Shown: piece by piece, positions 49,930 to 62,520 of the stretch
How positions within the stretch are numbered: position 1 is the first letter of the stretch
Layout of the letters: each line of letters begins with the position of its first letter
NCBI GenBank assembly: GCA_977016875.1
Contig: CDRNST010000015.1
Location: forward strand, 1,612,001-1,676,000
Length of the DNA stretch: 64,000 nucleotides
From: Pavona decussata
Taxonomy: Eukaryota
Direction: 5' to 3'
Translations under genes and position numbers: made by a program
Notes under the pieces: model-generated
What the model saw: only the letters and a program-made list of their open reading frames with translations
Database searches by the model: none
What the model was told of the DNA's origin: nothing

Positions 49930-50141
49930 ATCAGCACTGAGACACACGTACCATCCCCGTGGTATGGCCAATACCGTACGCATGCACACAACCATATCAC
50001 CCGGGCAGTGGCAGCCATGGACAGCTGTTTCGCCCTTGTTGGGGCTCATCAGCATGGCATAGCCGTCGCGTCAAGAAGCGGGAGTAAACCCGCGCATCGA
50101 GACCCTTTACTGCCGAGGCAAGGGTCTCGATGCGCGGGTTT
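49930..50141 (-). mobile_element. Retrozyme-like non-autonomous retroelement in transposase intron 3
   Basis: Non-coding, GC-rich unit containing a type I hammerhead and a terminal inverted duplication. Confidence 0.75.
50001..50065 (-). ncRNA. Type I hammerhead ribozyme
   Basis: GCCATG-CTGATGA-GCCC(CAACAA)GGGC-GAAA-CAGCTG-TC^CATGGC. Full catalytic core; predicted cleavage between 50020 and 50019. Confidence 0.92.
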
Positions 50142-53100
50142 TTTAGTATTTTATCGAGATTAGACCCTGTGTTAGCTAGAGTGTGAGGGTGACCTTTGTA
50201 TATGTGCAGTTCTAATTCATTCTCTTCCTACGTTGCAGCTATTTGCTCTACGTGTCGACAACTAGTCGGTGAGACACCAGCCACCCAAGCACTAAACCTT
50301 GGAGAAGATATACAAATGGCAGTGCCAACTACATCAAAATCCATACCCAGACAGTTCCGACAGCGTAGGCCAAATAGTGCGCATTATCGTGTGTCATTTG
50401 GTTCAATGTTTTCTGCTCGCAGTAGCTCGTCCCAGGAGGAACAAAGCAGCATCTACTTGCCTGATGGTGAAAAAGAAAGGAAACACTTAGAAGCTCTGAA
50501 TAGCGCCCTGAGTCTTATATCGGAGGGGAAATTCGAACCTTTGCCGCATTACGTAGATGTTCAATGGAATGCACTTTCAGACAAAACCAGAAATGATTAC
50601 AGTGCAAAAGCTGAACATGCTGTATCACTTGTTTTGGGCACTATTGCTCCTCTGCAGGAAGAAAGTTTGTGGCAAGCTATTATTCGGTGTCACCATGCAG
50701 TAAACAGCTCTAAGAATGCTCAGTCGCCAGATGTTGGTCTAGAAGCGATTTTGCTCGCTTATAAGGAATGTCAAAACAAGTCCACTAAGACGCAAATATT
50801 ATCACTCATAAGCAACAAATACAGTCAGTCCCAAATACAAGAATTCCTCCCTGGAATCTCCTTACGGCAGATAAAGAAGGCAAGAAAGCACACCCAGGAG
50901 CAGGGGCCAGGGGAACCGTTGCCAAATGAGAAGATTTTTCGATGCAGACTAGATATGAAAAAGGTGAAAGATTTTGTTGACTCTATTTCGCGATCTACCT
51001 TTTTACAAGATGTTGCATTTGGCACAAAAACACTAAAGCTCAATTCTGGGGAATCCATTCCGATTCCAGCTCTTATCCGAACTATGACCACGACCAAGAT
51101 TGTATACTTGTATCAGGAGGAATGCAGGCGAGAGAATATGGAGACTTTGAATGAGCGCACTAGCTTGTTTTCGAATAATGGAGGTGTATAGTGCTTCAAA
51201 GCAGAAGTCTCTGCAGGGCCTTGATGATACCGCCACTTCAGAAGCAGAGGCATTTGAAACGCTAGAGCCAATTGTTGAAAATCTCGGCAGAAACGGAGCA
51301 GGTGTGTCATGGGGTCGTGAGAGACTGAGAGAGCTCTAACTGCAGGCGGACAGTACCTTAAAGGATACTACAAGAGTCATTTGGGACCAGACGAATGTTG
51401 TGCTGACCACTGCACAATCTTCGCTCTATCAGATCCAGAAAGGAAGGAGTTTGCTTCTCTTTGTAACCACAACCACAATCTGTACTGTTCAGAGTGCCAG
51501 AATATAAAATATGTTCTGAAAGATATAGAAGAAAAAATTGTGAAGACAGAAGAACTTACAGAAGACCAGAGAGAAAGGGCCAAGTGGGAGTTTGAGCATG
51601 CAGTAACTGACATCGAAGCCTGGAAAGCTCATCTCCTCAGGGCATTCCACCAAGATCGAGCGAGGCAAGATGCTATAAGCGGCCAACTATACGAGGAAGC
51701 GGTCCTAATTATAAATGACTGGGCCATGAAGCTGTTGCCAATAAAAATCAGAGAGACGCAATCACAGTGGTTTGCGACACGTGGCCTGAGATGGCATTTT
51801 TCTGCCGTAGTTCACCGGTCAGGTCACCGTGACTGTCAAGCTGAAGGAAATGGTGAGCACACAATTCACACGTATGTGGCGGTTCTTGATAAGGGCAAAC
51901 AGGACTGGTTCTCGGTGTCATGCATCATTGAAGAAGTCCTTGTCACCGTAAAGGAAACGCACCCATCTGTGTCAAGAGCTGTGTTACGGAGCGATAATGC
52001 AGGCTGCTATCACAGCGCTCCACGGTTATCAACTATCAATTGGACAAGTAAGCAAACCGGCATAGAGGCTGTAGGCTACGATTTCTCAGATCCACAAGCT
52101 GGGATGGACCTCTGTGACCGGAAAATTGCGCCGTGCAAGCAAAGTCTGAGAAATCATGTAGCGGAAAACAATGACATAGAAACGGCGGAGGACGTGAAGA
52201 ATAGACTACAATTTCACCAGGTATTGCAAACACTCGGGTGGCAGTTTGCAAAATTGACTCTTCCAAAATGTCAGCAGCCGTTGGGAACAACAAGATTCCA
52301 GGTATTACTAAATATAACAACTTCTCTTTTGGCGAAGATGGCATTCGAGTCTGGCAGGCGTACAATATTGGCGAGGGTTTGAAGATACAAGACGTCCAGA
52401 ATAAAAATAATGTTTCTGGACTGAAGAGAGTGGGTGATTGGAGCCATGAAGTTACGAAGAAAAACAAAGGCAAAACAAAATCCATAGCTCATAATGGTGA
52501 TCTTACGAGCACATATGCCTGTTTGGAGCCAGCATGCATTTTGACGTTCAGCACACTGGAAGAGGCTGATGAACATATGGATGCTGGACGTCATGTCATG
52601 CTGCCTGAAAAGAAAAATGTATACGACACCATCCGAAGACAGTGGGCAGCAACAACTTCTTCAATCAAGGGGAAGAGTGACAAGATTGGGGCCTGTCGAT
52701 ACATTGACCATGACACTACAGTTCAAGAGAAGGCTGGTCAGGGATGGGCTCTTTTGAGGCAGAAGGCTACCGTTCGAATTTCACCAGCAGTCAAGCAATA
52801 CCTCACCCAGGTTTTCAACGAAGGTTCCAAGGAAGGACAGTCAAAAGCAAACCCTGCTGACGTTGCATAAGATGTTAAAATGAAGTTCGCGAGAACCGAG
52901 TGGCTGGAGGCAAAAACTATCAAAGAACACTTCTCTCGACTGGCTGCATTGCAAAAAGGGCCAAGAAATAAGCGAGGAAGAGACAGGCTGTCAAGATGTG
53001 GTAATCGAAAAAGAAGAATTCCTTAAAAATTTGATACATGAAGCCCATGACCAAATTGGTCTTCAGCATCCTCTAATGTATGAGGGCATCAATCTCTGTG

Positions 53101-55957
53101 AACTTTTTGTTGACAACAAACTCGACCGTGCATTGCGAAAGTTAAATTTATCTTCTTTGAAATGTATGTGTGATGTATTTGGCGTGGACGCTGAGGGTAA
53201 AGCATCATTTATCAATCCTATTTTTGACCTAGTAAGATCTTACCAGTGCCAATGAGCGACCTTTGAATTCAGTTGTTTAGTTGTCAGGTAAAGATGCAAA
53301 AACCAGTGCTGGAATTTAGACTACGAGCTGGTCCTGTAATGGTGTACATTAATATCGAATACCTTAGTTCAGGAGGCTCATAACGAATATATTATAATCC
53401 CGGGATAATCTAGGACCGATTTTTGTTGTGACAATGGTTTATCTACCCATGCTGCATGCTATCACTAATGTTACCATTGTATTATTAAGTTAGCTATTTT
53501 AAAGTTGTTTTTCATCGGGATCGTTTAGCCTAATAGGATTATTGGCATGAAACTACTTCCTTGTACTCTGACATAGCTATTCTTAAGTTTGTTTCTAGAA
53601 GATTGAATAAATAAGTATGTCGGTGCCATATGTGGGGTGAGCACTTTCAAAAAGACTGGTACTGAGGTTACCCTCGACCCAGTACCCCCGCGCCACGGTC
53701 CAAAATGGCGCTGACCAAAGAATGGCAAGGATGTAAGCATGTGATGCCTAAACTCATCTTCTATGCATTGCAATCCTGTAAAATGATGTGTGTTTTATCC
53801 CTGGAGAAAATATACCTATGATATACACCTCCTACGCCAAATGTTTATAATGATTCACCTCCAACGAGTACTCCTGACTAAATTGCGGTGCTTCGAAACA
53901 ACTACATGTAAGTAGCTTCTAAATTGCATCAGACTATTGTTAAATATCTAATTGTCCAAAAAACTGAGTTACCCTGACTATCGGCCGAAGTGCTTTACGC
54001 CCAGGATGCATGATTCACTTTCCATGATTTTTAGGAATGGATCCGGAGCTGTATATTTGCATTAACTTTGGACTAATTTTCCTCCTTGCTAAGGACCTTC
54101 GAATGAGCATTAACACAGTTAATTAAAGGTAAGCAAGCAAGGTTATGCTTGGAAGAAATGTCAGTATAACTATCATGCCGCCTATTTAGTTATTTGAGTT
54201 CCAATTAGCTGTTTTGTACGAATATTCCCGTTGAAGTAGAACAAACGTTGATTTTGTGAGTACTATTTGCCAGTTCTAAGGCAATTTAAGGGTCACAGGT
54301 AGTTTTTAATCACACAGTTATTGCTTATCACAGACTTTGTAAGTAAAGTAAGCATTAACAAAGCAAACTGAAATGTTAAAATATAAATAAAGCTACCATG
54401 ACTGTTAAATTGTTGCTTTTGGTAATATGTAAATTTTGTGGGGGTGGGACTCTAAAATGCTTTGCTAAAGCCCCTTAAATTTAGCGAGCCAATTTTTTCA
54501 CAGTTGATTTTGGTTGTACTTACATTGGAGTAACTCCTGACAGAAGAATCCCTTTTAGCTAAGTTGGCAGTTAAAAATTATCAACTGCTAAACTTTGGCA
54601 ATTTTTGGTGGTAATTTTCTCTTTAAAATTTGGCCAAAACTAGTACCAGGCCCCACACAGTCAGATGCCTTAATGCTAAATCCTTACATACGACCTGAAA
54701 GAGTATTTATAGTAGAAAACCACTATGCAGAAAAATATTCAGTACGTTTAATGTGTTTATTTTTGTACTAGTACAAACATACCCCCTCAAAAACAGGATT
54801 TTCACTGATTTGGAGGCCCGAAATGGGACCCCCCCTGAAACTTTTAAACCAAAGGTCGGAAAACAAAACCCAAATGGCGTTTGGAATATCTCACAAAGGC
54901 CAACTTCTGCAGCAAGTTTCATCAAATTCGGTTGACCCCTACTTCCAACATCTGGACCACTTTCTCAGTCAGGGACACTTTTAAGTGTCTCTTGTTTTCG
55001 GCGGACTATCCCCAGATGTGTAGAACGGGTGTACAGTAGCAAAAAGTGGCACAGCTCTAAAACAGAATAGCTTCTCTTTACATGTTTTATTAACATATTT
55101 TGGTCCACGCTCGTTGAAAGGCGCCTCCAATTCACAATCCTCACGGTGATTGACAATCCCAAGAACAATTTCTTTTAGCCTGAGGTTCTCTTCGGTCATT
55201 AATATTCAATTAAGTTCTCTAGTAAACAGCATATGGGTTCAATGTGTAATGGTGAATGCCTCGGGCAATCTTCGGGTATTTATTTCTCGTAGATATATTT
55301 TGCGTGGTTTATGACCATGCGAGTAAAGCAGACCTTAAGAGGATCCGGTTGGAATCCAAAAAGAAAACTAGAGCCAAACCAGGAATTTTGAGAGATAATT
55401 AAGCTCCAATTTGGTCGCTAATGGTTGCCAGCGGCGCCTATTTATGCTGATGTCCGATCTCACCATTGCACTAAAGTAATGTAAACTGCATTTGAATATG
55501 TATATAGAAAATGCTGTATATAAATACCATTACCATTACCATTTCCATGGAGAAAATTTGGCAAGTTTCACGTCTTATTTCGCAACACATCTTGAAAAGA
55601 CCATACACGTCTATACGAGGATTGTTCCATTGAATTCTGTTGTTGCTACATATCACGTAAAAACATCACAAATGAAATAATATTTTGTCAGCTGCAATAC
55701 TAGTTTAATATATTCGAAATACACTTTCCACGCTCACTTCATTTTAACGTGCGTAAGAGTAAATGAATGACATTACCAAAAGAAACCTAAAAAGGCGATT
55801 CACCTGACAAGAAAACAACAAATGCAGTATAACTGATAATCAGTTACAAATGTACATGAGTCCTCAGACTGAGTAGAGGCGTCACAGAAAAAAACTACGA
55901 ATAAACATTATTAACTTTCAAAAGTTTGACGGAGCAATGTTTCTTTGCTAACTAGAT

Positions 55958-56922
55958 TCAATTTAACTCGATGACGTTTTCGTTTGTCGAAGAACAGATA
56001 AATTGTTTAATTACGTCCTTGACTGCTTGTCGTACTTCTCTGATCTTCCAACAGTAAAGAATTGGGTTTAATGACGAATTAAAGTAAACTAAAGTCATTG
56101 TAAACTGTCTGATGAGAGCAAGGGATGGAGTTAATCCAAGATTAGATGATAACGCTGTCACTACACCATGTGCCAGGTAACATAAAACTAACACCAACTG
56201 TAGCCACAATGCACTGGAGACTGCCTTTCTGTATCGCGCCATGTTAAGTTGTTGTGTATGGCTCGGTTGTCCTCGTTGAGAAACTGGGTCTTGTACTTGA
56301 ATGTGATGCTTACGAAGATTAATGAAAATGTTTGTGTAAGAGAAGATTGATGTTACTAAACAAATTACTATTCCTGTTTGGCTATATCTTATGGTAAATA
56401 GGTAACTCTTAACGTAGGCTGTTGAACAGACAGAACTTACAACCCAAAAGGTAACAACAATCACATATGTTCGCTTCAAGTTACAATTTGCCTGTACCTG
56501 AGACCCAGGGAGAGGGCGAGAAGTCTGTCCACGCTTATTGCTGTCAACGTAAACAGAGATACTGAACACAAAGTATAGCTCGCTATAAAATTGGAAAATA
56601 GTGCGTGATAACAAACATTCCAAAGTTGTTTCACTGCAGATATCCAATAGATGACAGCAAGAGGCTCCGAAACAAGACCAACACAAAGATCGGATGCCGC
56701 CAGACAGCGAAGCAGGAGTTTGGACGGCGGATGAAGAAAAGACTCCTCGTGAAGGGCGACTAGGATCACAGCGTTTCCCACAGAGGCAATTATGCACAAT
56801 AAAACATGAAAAATTGAAAGAAATATCAACTCGTGGTGCATTCCATCTGTCAAACCCGCCGAGCACATAAGTTCTTCATACGTTTTCGGCCCTTCACTCT
56901 CGGAAACATTTGCTTTCGCCAT
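55958..56922 (-). pseudogene. GPCR paralog 5, frameshifted
   Basis: 1-nt deletion at ~56478 (TTCAAGTTAC vs TTCAAAGTTAC). Also a TM6 CYLP to CYLA change. Confidence 0.85.
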
Positions 56923-58087
56923 AGCGGTCTCTAAAATGCGTGTCTTGTCGTTGTATCAACAGGTGCGTATATTAAAGCATTCACTTATTGTAGTTTAGTG
57001 AATGTTAATGACGTATAATACGATCTCATTCAAAACATTCATTTAAACAGGCCAAACGCGTGTCTTTAATTATTCAGAAGAACTTCCGATGTTTTCTATG
57101 CAGTAGAGTTTGTTTTGAAATTGATTCTGTAAAGAATCTTAAACTTTCTGGTAAAACTGATAATGGCGCATTTTTCTTTCTGTCTTCTCTTGAAGACACG
57201 GTTTCGACGATTCTTCTCGCTTTGTATCACATCCTCTGAACTGTTGACGTGCTCTCACCAGAAAAACCTCCACAAATTACATGTTTTTACCTAAGGTGGT
57301 TCGATGCAGTTCTTTTGGGACCATACCTCACTTTTTAATCGGCTTTCAAGCCGTCTTGTTCTAGTTGGATCGACGTAAAATTTACCGCAGTTATTGGTTT
57401 GGGATTGACGGCCCTTAGCCAAAATCGATATTTTCGTTCCATCGATATCTCCATGACAACGATAATTAACACAATCGAAAAACAATTTTAAAGGGCACTG
57501 TTACGACGATTTTGCTGTATTTTGGTCAAAACTGCTAAAGTATCTGATGAAAAACCTTGCTGTTAACATGCAATTCCTCTTAGAACACCGAGAAGAAAAT
57601 ATAGACGGATTTTTCCAAGGAGGAACTAACTATAATCAGTTTTTAGCAACTTCTCTAAAATACACCAGACGAACTTGAAAAAATTGGCCAATTTTTTCAT
57701 GTTGTATTCCATTTCCATCCTAGAAGATAGTTAATGCTAGTTTCTGTGCACTAACAAGGTAATTGTTAACAAAATCTGGACCATTATTTTAACGTTTCCA
57801 GTGATAAAAAGATATGTTTTTGCCATTCAAAGATACACCAAAAATGATGACACGGCCCTTTTATCTTAAATTTTGCACAATGAAGATTTCATATAAAAGA
57901 TCCATTACCAGCATAATAATCTATGATATGTGGCAAATGAAACTGCCTCTCCAGTGTCGCATAATGCGGCAGTCTCTTTCGAACTTGAACCATGTTTGCC
58001 GCACCAAATTAAAACTGCTGCACTTAATTGTTTTTTCTGATTATCATTTATTTAGGCGCCGCTCTTCTTGCCGGACTTAATTCATGA

Positions 58088-58123
<36 letters not shown>

Positions 58124-59460
58124 TATCAGGCCTTAATATTTGTTAAGTCACAATAATTTGGCCATAAAATACGTTGTTTTGATTGAATCACTTTATAATG
58201 TTACCATAATGTGCCCTGAGCTTTATTCTTTGACGCCATGGAAATCCCCAGTTACCTTCCTCTTTTGCGATCTCGAGAACGTTTTTTCGCTGTGATCGTT
58301 TCTGTTATAATTTGTCGTAATTTTACAATGTTTTGAGCTTTAATTGTAAAAATCTCAGGAACGCCTTTATAGGTTTTTAAAACATTCACCGTGTATTTTT
58401 ATCATGCCAGAAATATTCTTCCAAAGTTTTGCTAATATTGAGTTAATGGAACACTTTTAAATTGAACGATAAAGATGAGCGTAAACCAACGCTAAACTTT
58501 GGGTCAATAATTCAAGGTCAACAAATTCTACTAATCTGAATTCATTCTACTAACCTTTTTGCTTGTGCAACCGCTTAAGTTGCGTACTAACTGCGACGGC
58601 GAGGATCTTTCTTCTATTTGATCTTTCATCCGCAGTTCAAAATATATGTTTCATATATTTACGTTTACTTTATCTGAATTTATATTAAGTAGTTGGGATT
58701 TATCTGAATTCAAACATACAAAATTTTTTTTTATTTGCCACGTTTCACACATTATTATGCTGGTAATGGATCTTTTATATGAAATCTAGATTGCTCAAAA
58801 TTCAAGTTAACTAAAAGCGTTTTTCAATTATGTTAATCAGATCATTGTCATGGTAATATCGTTGGAACCAAAATATCCGTTTTGACAAACTTCAATTTAA
58901 AACCAATAACTATAGTAAATTTTACATCAATCTGACTATAAGACCGTTTACAAGCCGAGGAATGGTTCCAAAAAAAGACTGTATCGAGCCACCTCGAATT
59001 TTCTCTGCAACCGTTCCTATGGCGTTTGAAGGAACCACCTTATCGCATATCTGAAATGAAAAGGGGAAAATCCCTTTAAGGGCTTTTGTAATTCTAACAA
59101 ACAGCATACAGGAAACTAAAAGCATTAACGAGGTTTTATGGGTCTATATAGAAGATTTTTTAAACGGTAACTTATCATACTTAGAGGAAATGCGTGTCAA
59201 ATTTCCGTAGCCAGAGACATTAACCAGTATGGAAGATCCGTATTGCAATCCATCTTCTTGAGGCACAAAACTTGCAAAGTAGCAGCTTGATTAACTTTTG
59301 GAATTTCAAAGGTTTTGATGTGAAATCCAGTGCACACTCTCTATTTTAACTAAAAAGCTTGTTTTGCCTAAGGTAATTTAAACACCATTCAAATGATGAT
59401 GTTTTATTTTTCCCGTAGCGCATTTCCGTCTTTAAAAAATTTCGCTTGCTTCTCACAGTA

Positions 59461-61816
59461 ATGGCTGAAAGAGAGAACAGCACCATCTGTGGCCTTCCTA
59501 GAAGGGTACCCATTTCAGAAAATGATACGGCCTCCTTCGTGAGTGACATAATGTTGTGTGTCATCAACGTACCTTTGAGTATCTTCGCCTTTCTTGCAAA
59601 CCTGGCAGTTGTCATCGCCATCGTAAAAATGATTTCGCTGCAAAGGCCATGCAACATTCTTCTTTGTAGTCTGGCCATTGTGGATTGCTTGACCGGCCTG
59701 ATTGCTCAGCCGATATATGTTGCCTGGCGATTGATGATGATTTACCGCATTCATGTCCAGTGCGATCATGTGAAAGAACTGTTTACTGCCTTCATGGCGT
59801 GTAAAATATTTTTTGTTGGATTATCGTTGGTGTATCTCACACTCGTCAGCCTGGACCGTCTTTTCGCGCTTGCAAAGCCCATGGAGTACCGTGCGAGAGC
59901 GAGGAAAAAAGGTAAAAATTTAGATAAATAATAAAATGTAATCTTACGTTACCTTTGAAAGGAGCCGTAAAATTTGCAGTCCCAGAACCATCATTAACAA
60001 TTTGTCCCCTTTGATTATTTTCATATGATGATTTGTATCTACCCGGATTATTGGAAACGGGTCCGCTCAATTCAAGTCATGCTTCCTTCACAGTACGATG
60101 CGAATGGTTTTTTTGTCGTTCAAAAATCTCAAAACTTTCCAACAAAAACACAAAACATTGCATAGGCCCTTTTCTCCCCCCTTTAATTTTCTTTTTTTTT
60201 TTTTTTGCAGCATTCTGCTTTTCCTCGCGGGGCCATAAAACTCTTGATTAGGTGTCGTTTCACGAAAAGTGCTCAAGTTTTCATCGGCCATGCTTTCAAA
60301 ATTTCGAGTACATATATAAGAGATTTAAGGGCAGATAGCCGTAGCGAGGGGAAAGTCAAAACGGGCGGCGAAAAAGAGTCAAGATAAACTAATAAATGCA
60401 TATATTTTCCGCTTGACATATTTTCTGCCTGTTTTGACTTCCCCTCGCCTCATTGCCCCTAGGCTCTGAGGATGCCTGTTTGTCCGATATAGATTTTACC
60501 GTATTTTTCTTATTGTTCCACCCATCGCCAGATGAACAGCCTGTGAGAGTCAACGCCTTTTCCGACTCTTGTTTCACTCATTGAGACGCACATCAAAGTG
60601 ATTATATTATAATTCCGCACTGTTGCCAGTCAAGTCCCCCCCTCCCCCCCCCCCCCTACCCTCCAGTTCAGTTTAGTTTAGTTTTACATTGTATATAGAG
60701 ACATAGGATATAAAAGGAGAAAAGAAAGAAGTTAATGGCTTTGGTAGAAGTGTACGGTGGTCAGAGGAGCTTGGCTTTCGAGCTATCCACCGCTATATTA
60801 TAAATAGAAATACTAATAATAGTGTGTGCTTGGTGCCATGCACTATGGATGATCATATGGAACGGTCATTTTTATATTAAAATATACATAGTTCAATAAA
60901 TAGTCTTGGTATCCTCCCCAAATAAGCTGCTGGTTTAGAGATTAGGCTCGCCCCTCACATGTTATAAAACACAAAATAACTGCTACGAAATTCAAGCAAT
61001 TGAGGAAAACGTATTCTCGTAGAGATGTTAAAGGCATATTATTATAGTTAGTAAAATGACATTTTATTTTCTGATACACAACCCTTAAGGGCGTGATTCA
61101 GTTTGATTGGTGGTAAAATTCTGGAAAAGCTAATCAAACAGTCGTGCACAAAACTCATAAATTGAAATTACCGTACCTACCCTTTCTTTAGGCCTAAACA
61201 TAAATACTCCCTCCTCCCCCTTGGGGCTTAATAGAGCGTTTTACAGTACGTATGTTTCAACGATCCGGTGTATGCATAACCAAAGCTAAAAAAAGCTGTT
61301 TTCACTGTCTTGTTTGCTTTGCGTTGTTGTATTTTATTAACTTTTGTTTTATCTATCACAGTAACAGTCAGGGCAGTTATCATAACTGGAGTCACGTGGC
61401 TGGCTTTGACGATCTTGACTCGCTTCGTTCTGCCCGACAATATCCGATTCGCTGTAACGATGGTTGGAGGTGTAATTGCTATGACCGTTCCATTCCTGAG
61501 TCACGTTGGAATTTTCATTGCTATTCGTCGGCAAAACAGACTGGTGCAAAGCTTCGTTTCAGGGCAGGATGCATGCGTTTTCTTCAGGCGAGAAAAGAAA
61601 GTGGCCATTGATATGATTATTGTGACCATAGTGTTGCTACTTTGCGTTGTTCCAGGAAGAGCCGTCGGCTTCTTTCACGAGTACGGACAACAACTTGGTA
61701 TCTTGTACGTTTGGTCCAACGCACTTATTTTTATAAACTCCTCTATTAATCCTATTATTTACTTGGTTCGGAGACGCGACATTAGGAATGCATTAAGATC
61801 GATGATTCCTTGTTAA
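59461..61816 (+). CDS. Two-exon class A GPCR, copy B (exons 59461-59911 and 61362-61816)
   Basis: Paralog of 39751-41816 with intact frame and splice sites. Confidence 0.88.
60665..60912 (-). mobile_element. Short LINE 3' end inserted in the GPCR intron (copy B only)
   Basis: (AAACT)n tail next to the poly-C tract. Absent at ~40870. Confidence 0.5.
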
Positions 61817-62520
61817 TTCTGTTCAGTCTTACAATGAGGGGGAGGGGTCTAGTTACCTTTCCCCGGAAAGTCCAAGAATAACTTAATCAAAACGAAGATC
61901 AAATCGCGAAAAGTTTAACTGGTATCCAAGCCTAAATCGCTCTGCTGGTTGCAAAACGAAACCAGACTGAGTCTTCACATGGTGCTAGGATCTGAACGGT
62001 TCCAGAATTGGATCAGCATTTTTGCGTATCCAAAAATGGGACGGAATTTGGAACAGACAGCCGATACAGATGTGAGGTCAGTGTAAACCAAAGGCCTATC
62101 ATGCCGGAGTTTTACTCCGCATTCATTTAGATCCAGCTCCGTGTGAACATAACCTTTAAAGTGATGACAAATTGTACAAGTTACATCTCCCCAGATTGCT
62201 TTGAGCGGTCGTTGACAATACCTACAATGTTTTTAGAATCGTCCCAACGAAAAGTTGCTAGAATTTATATTTTTTTTATTATTTCTTTGTTATATAGTGG
62301 CTCTACCTCCCATTTGCTCAAAAAGAAAGTTAAAAAAATTCAGCCAGAATGTACAACGTTGCTTTTACGTTAATTGATAGGTAATATCATCAACACCTCA
62401 ATGAAAATGGTAACTACTTGTCACCAACATTCTTGAATCACTTTAATCGGGAATTTTAAGTGCCTCGACAGACTGGAGAAAAAGTCCTCGATAACTCTGT
62501 GTATTCGACAACTGTTAGTA

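Larger units (their letters stand above)
48966..53255 (+). pseudogene. Intron-containing Sola3 DDD transposase, disabled
   Basis: Exons 48966-49161, 49541-49667, ~49755-49908 and 50239-53255 with GT-AG junctions. Motifs NDWAMKLLP, RSDNAGCYH and SDPQAGMDLCDRK. Several stops and frameshifts. Confidence 0.82.
47568..54978 (+). mobile_element. Sola3-type DNA transposon B, 7.4 kb with ~850-bp TIRs
   Basis: TIRs at 47568-48414 and 54124-54978. TTAA on the left, TT-TTAA on the right. Empty site at 33818-33821 in duplicate A. Confidence 0.88.
41866..61852. repeat. Tandem segmental duplication, copy B (expanded by two Sola3 insertions)
   Basis: Colinear with 33143-41852. Confidence 0.9.

Noticed and set aside
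55958-56866. 302-aa ORF with a novel N-terminus
   Set aside because: Artefact of the 1-nt frameshift in GPCR paralog 5. A sequencing error is possible, but the TM6 Pro loss also suggests decay.
41362-61816. Exactly 20,000-bp offset between the two exon-2 copies
   Set aside because: Coincidence: the exon 1 offset is 19,710 and the copies are clearly diverged.
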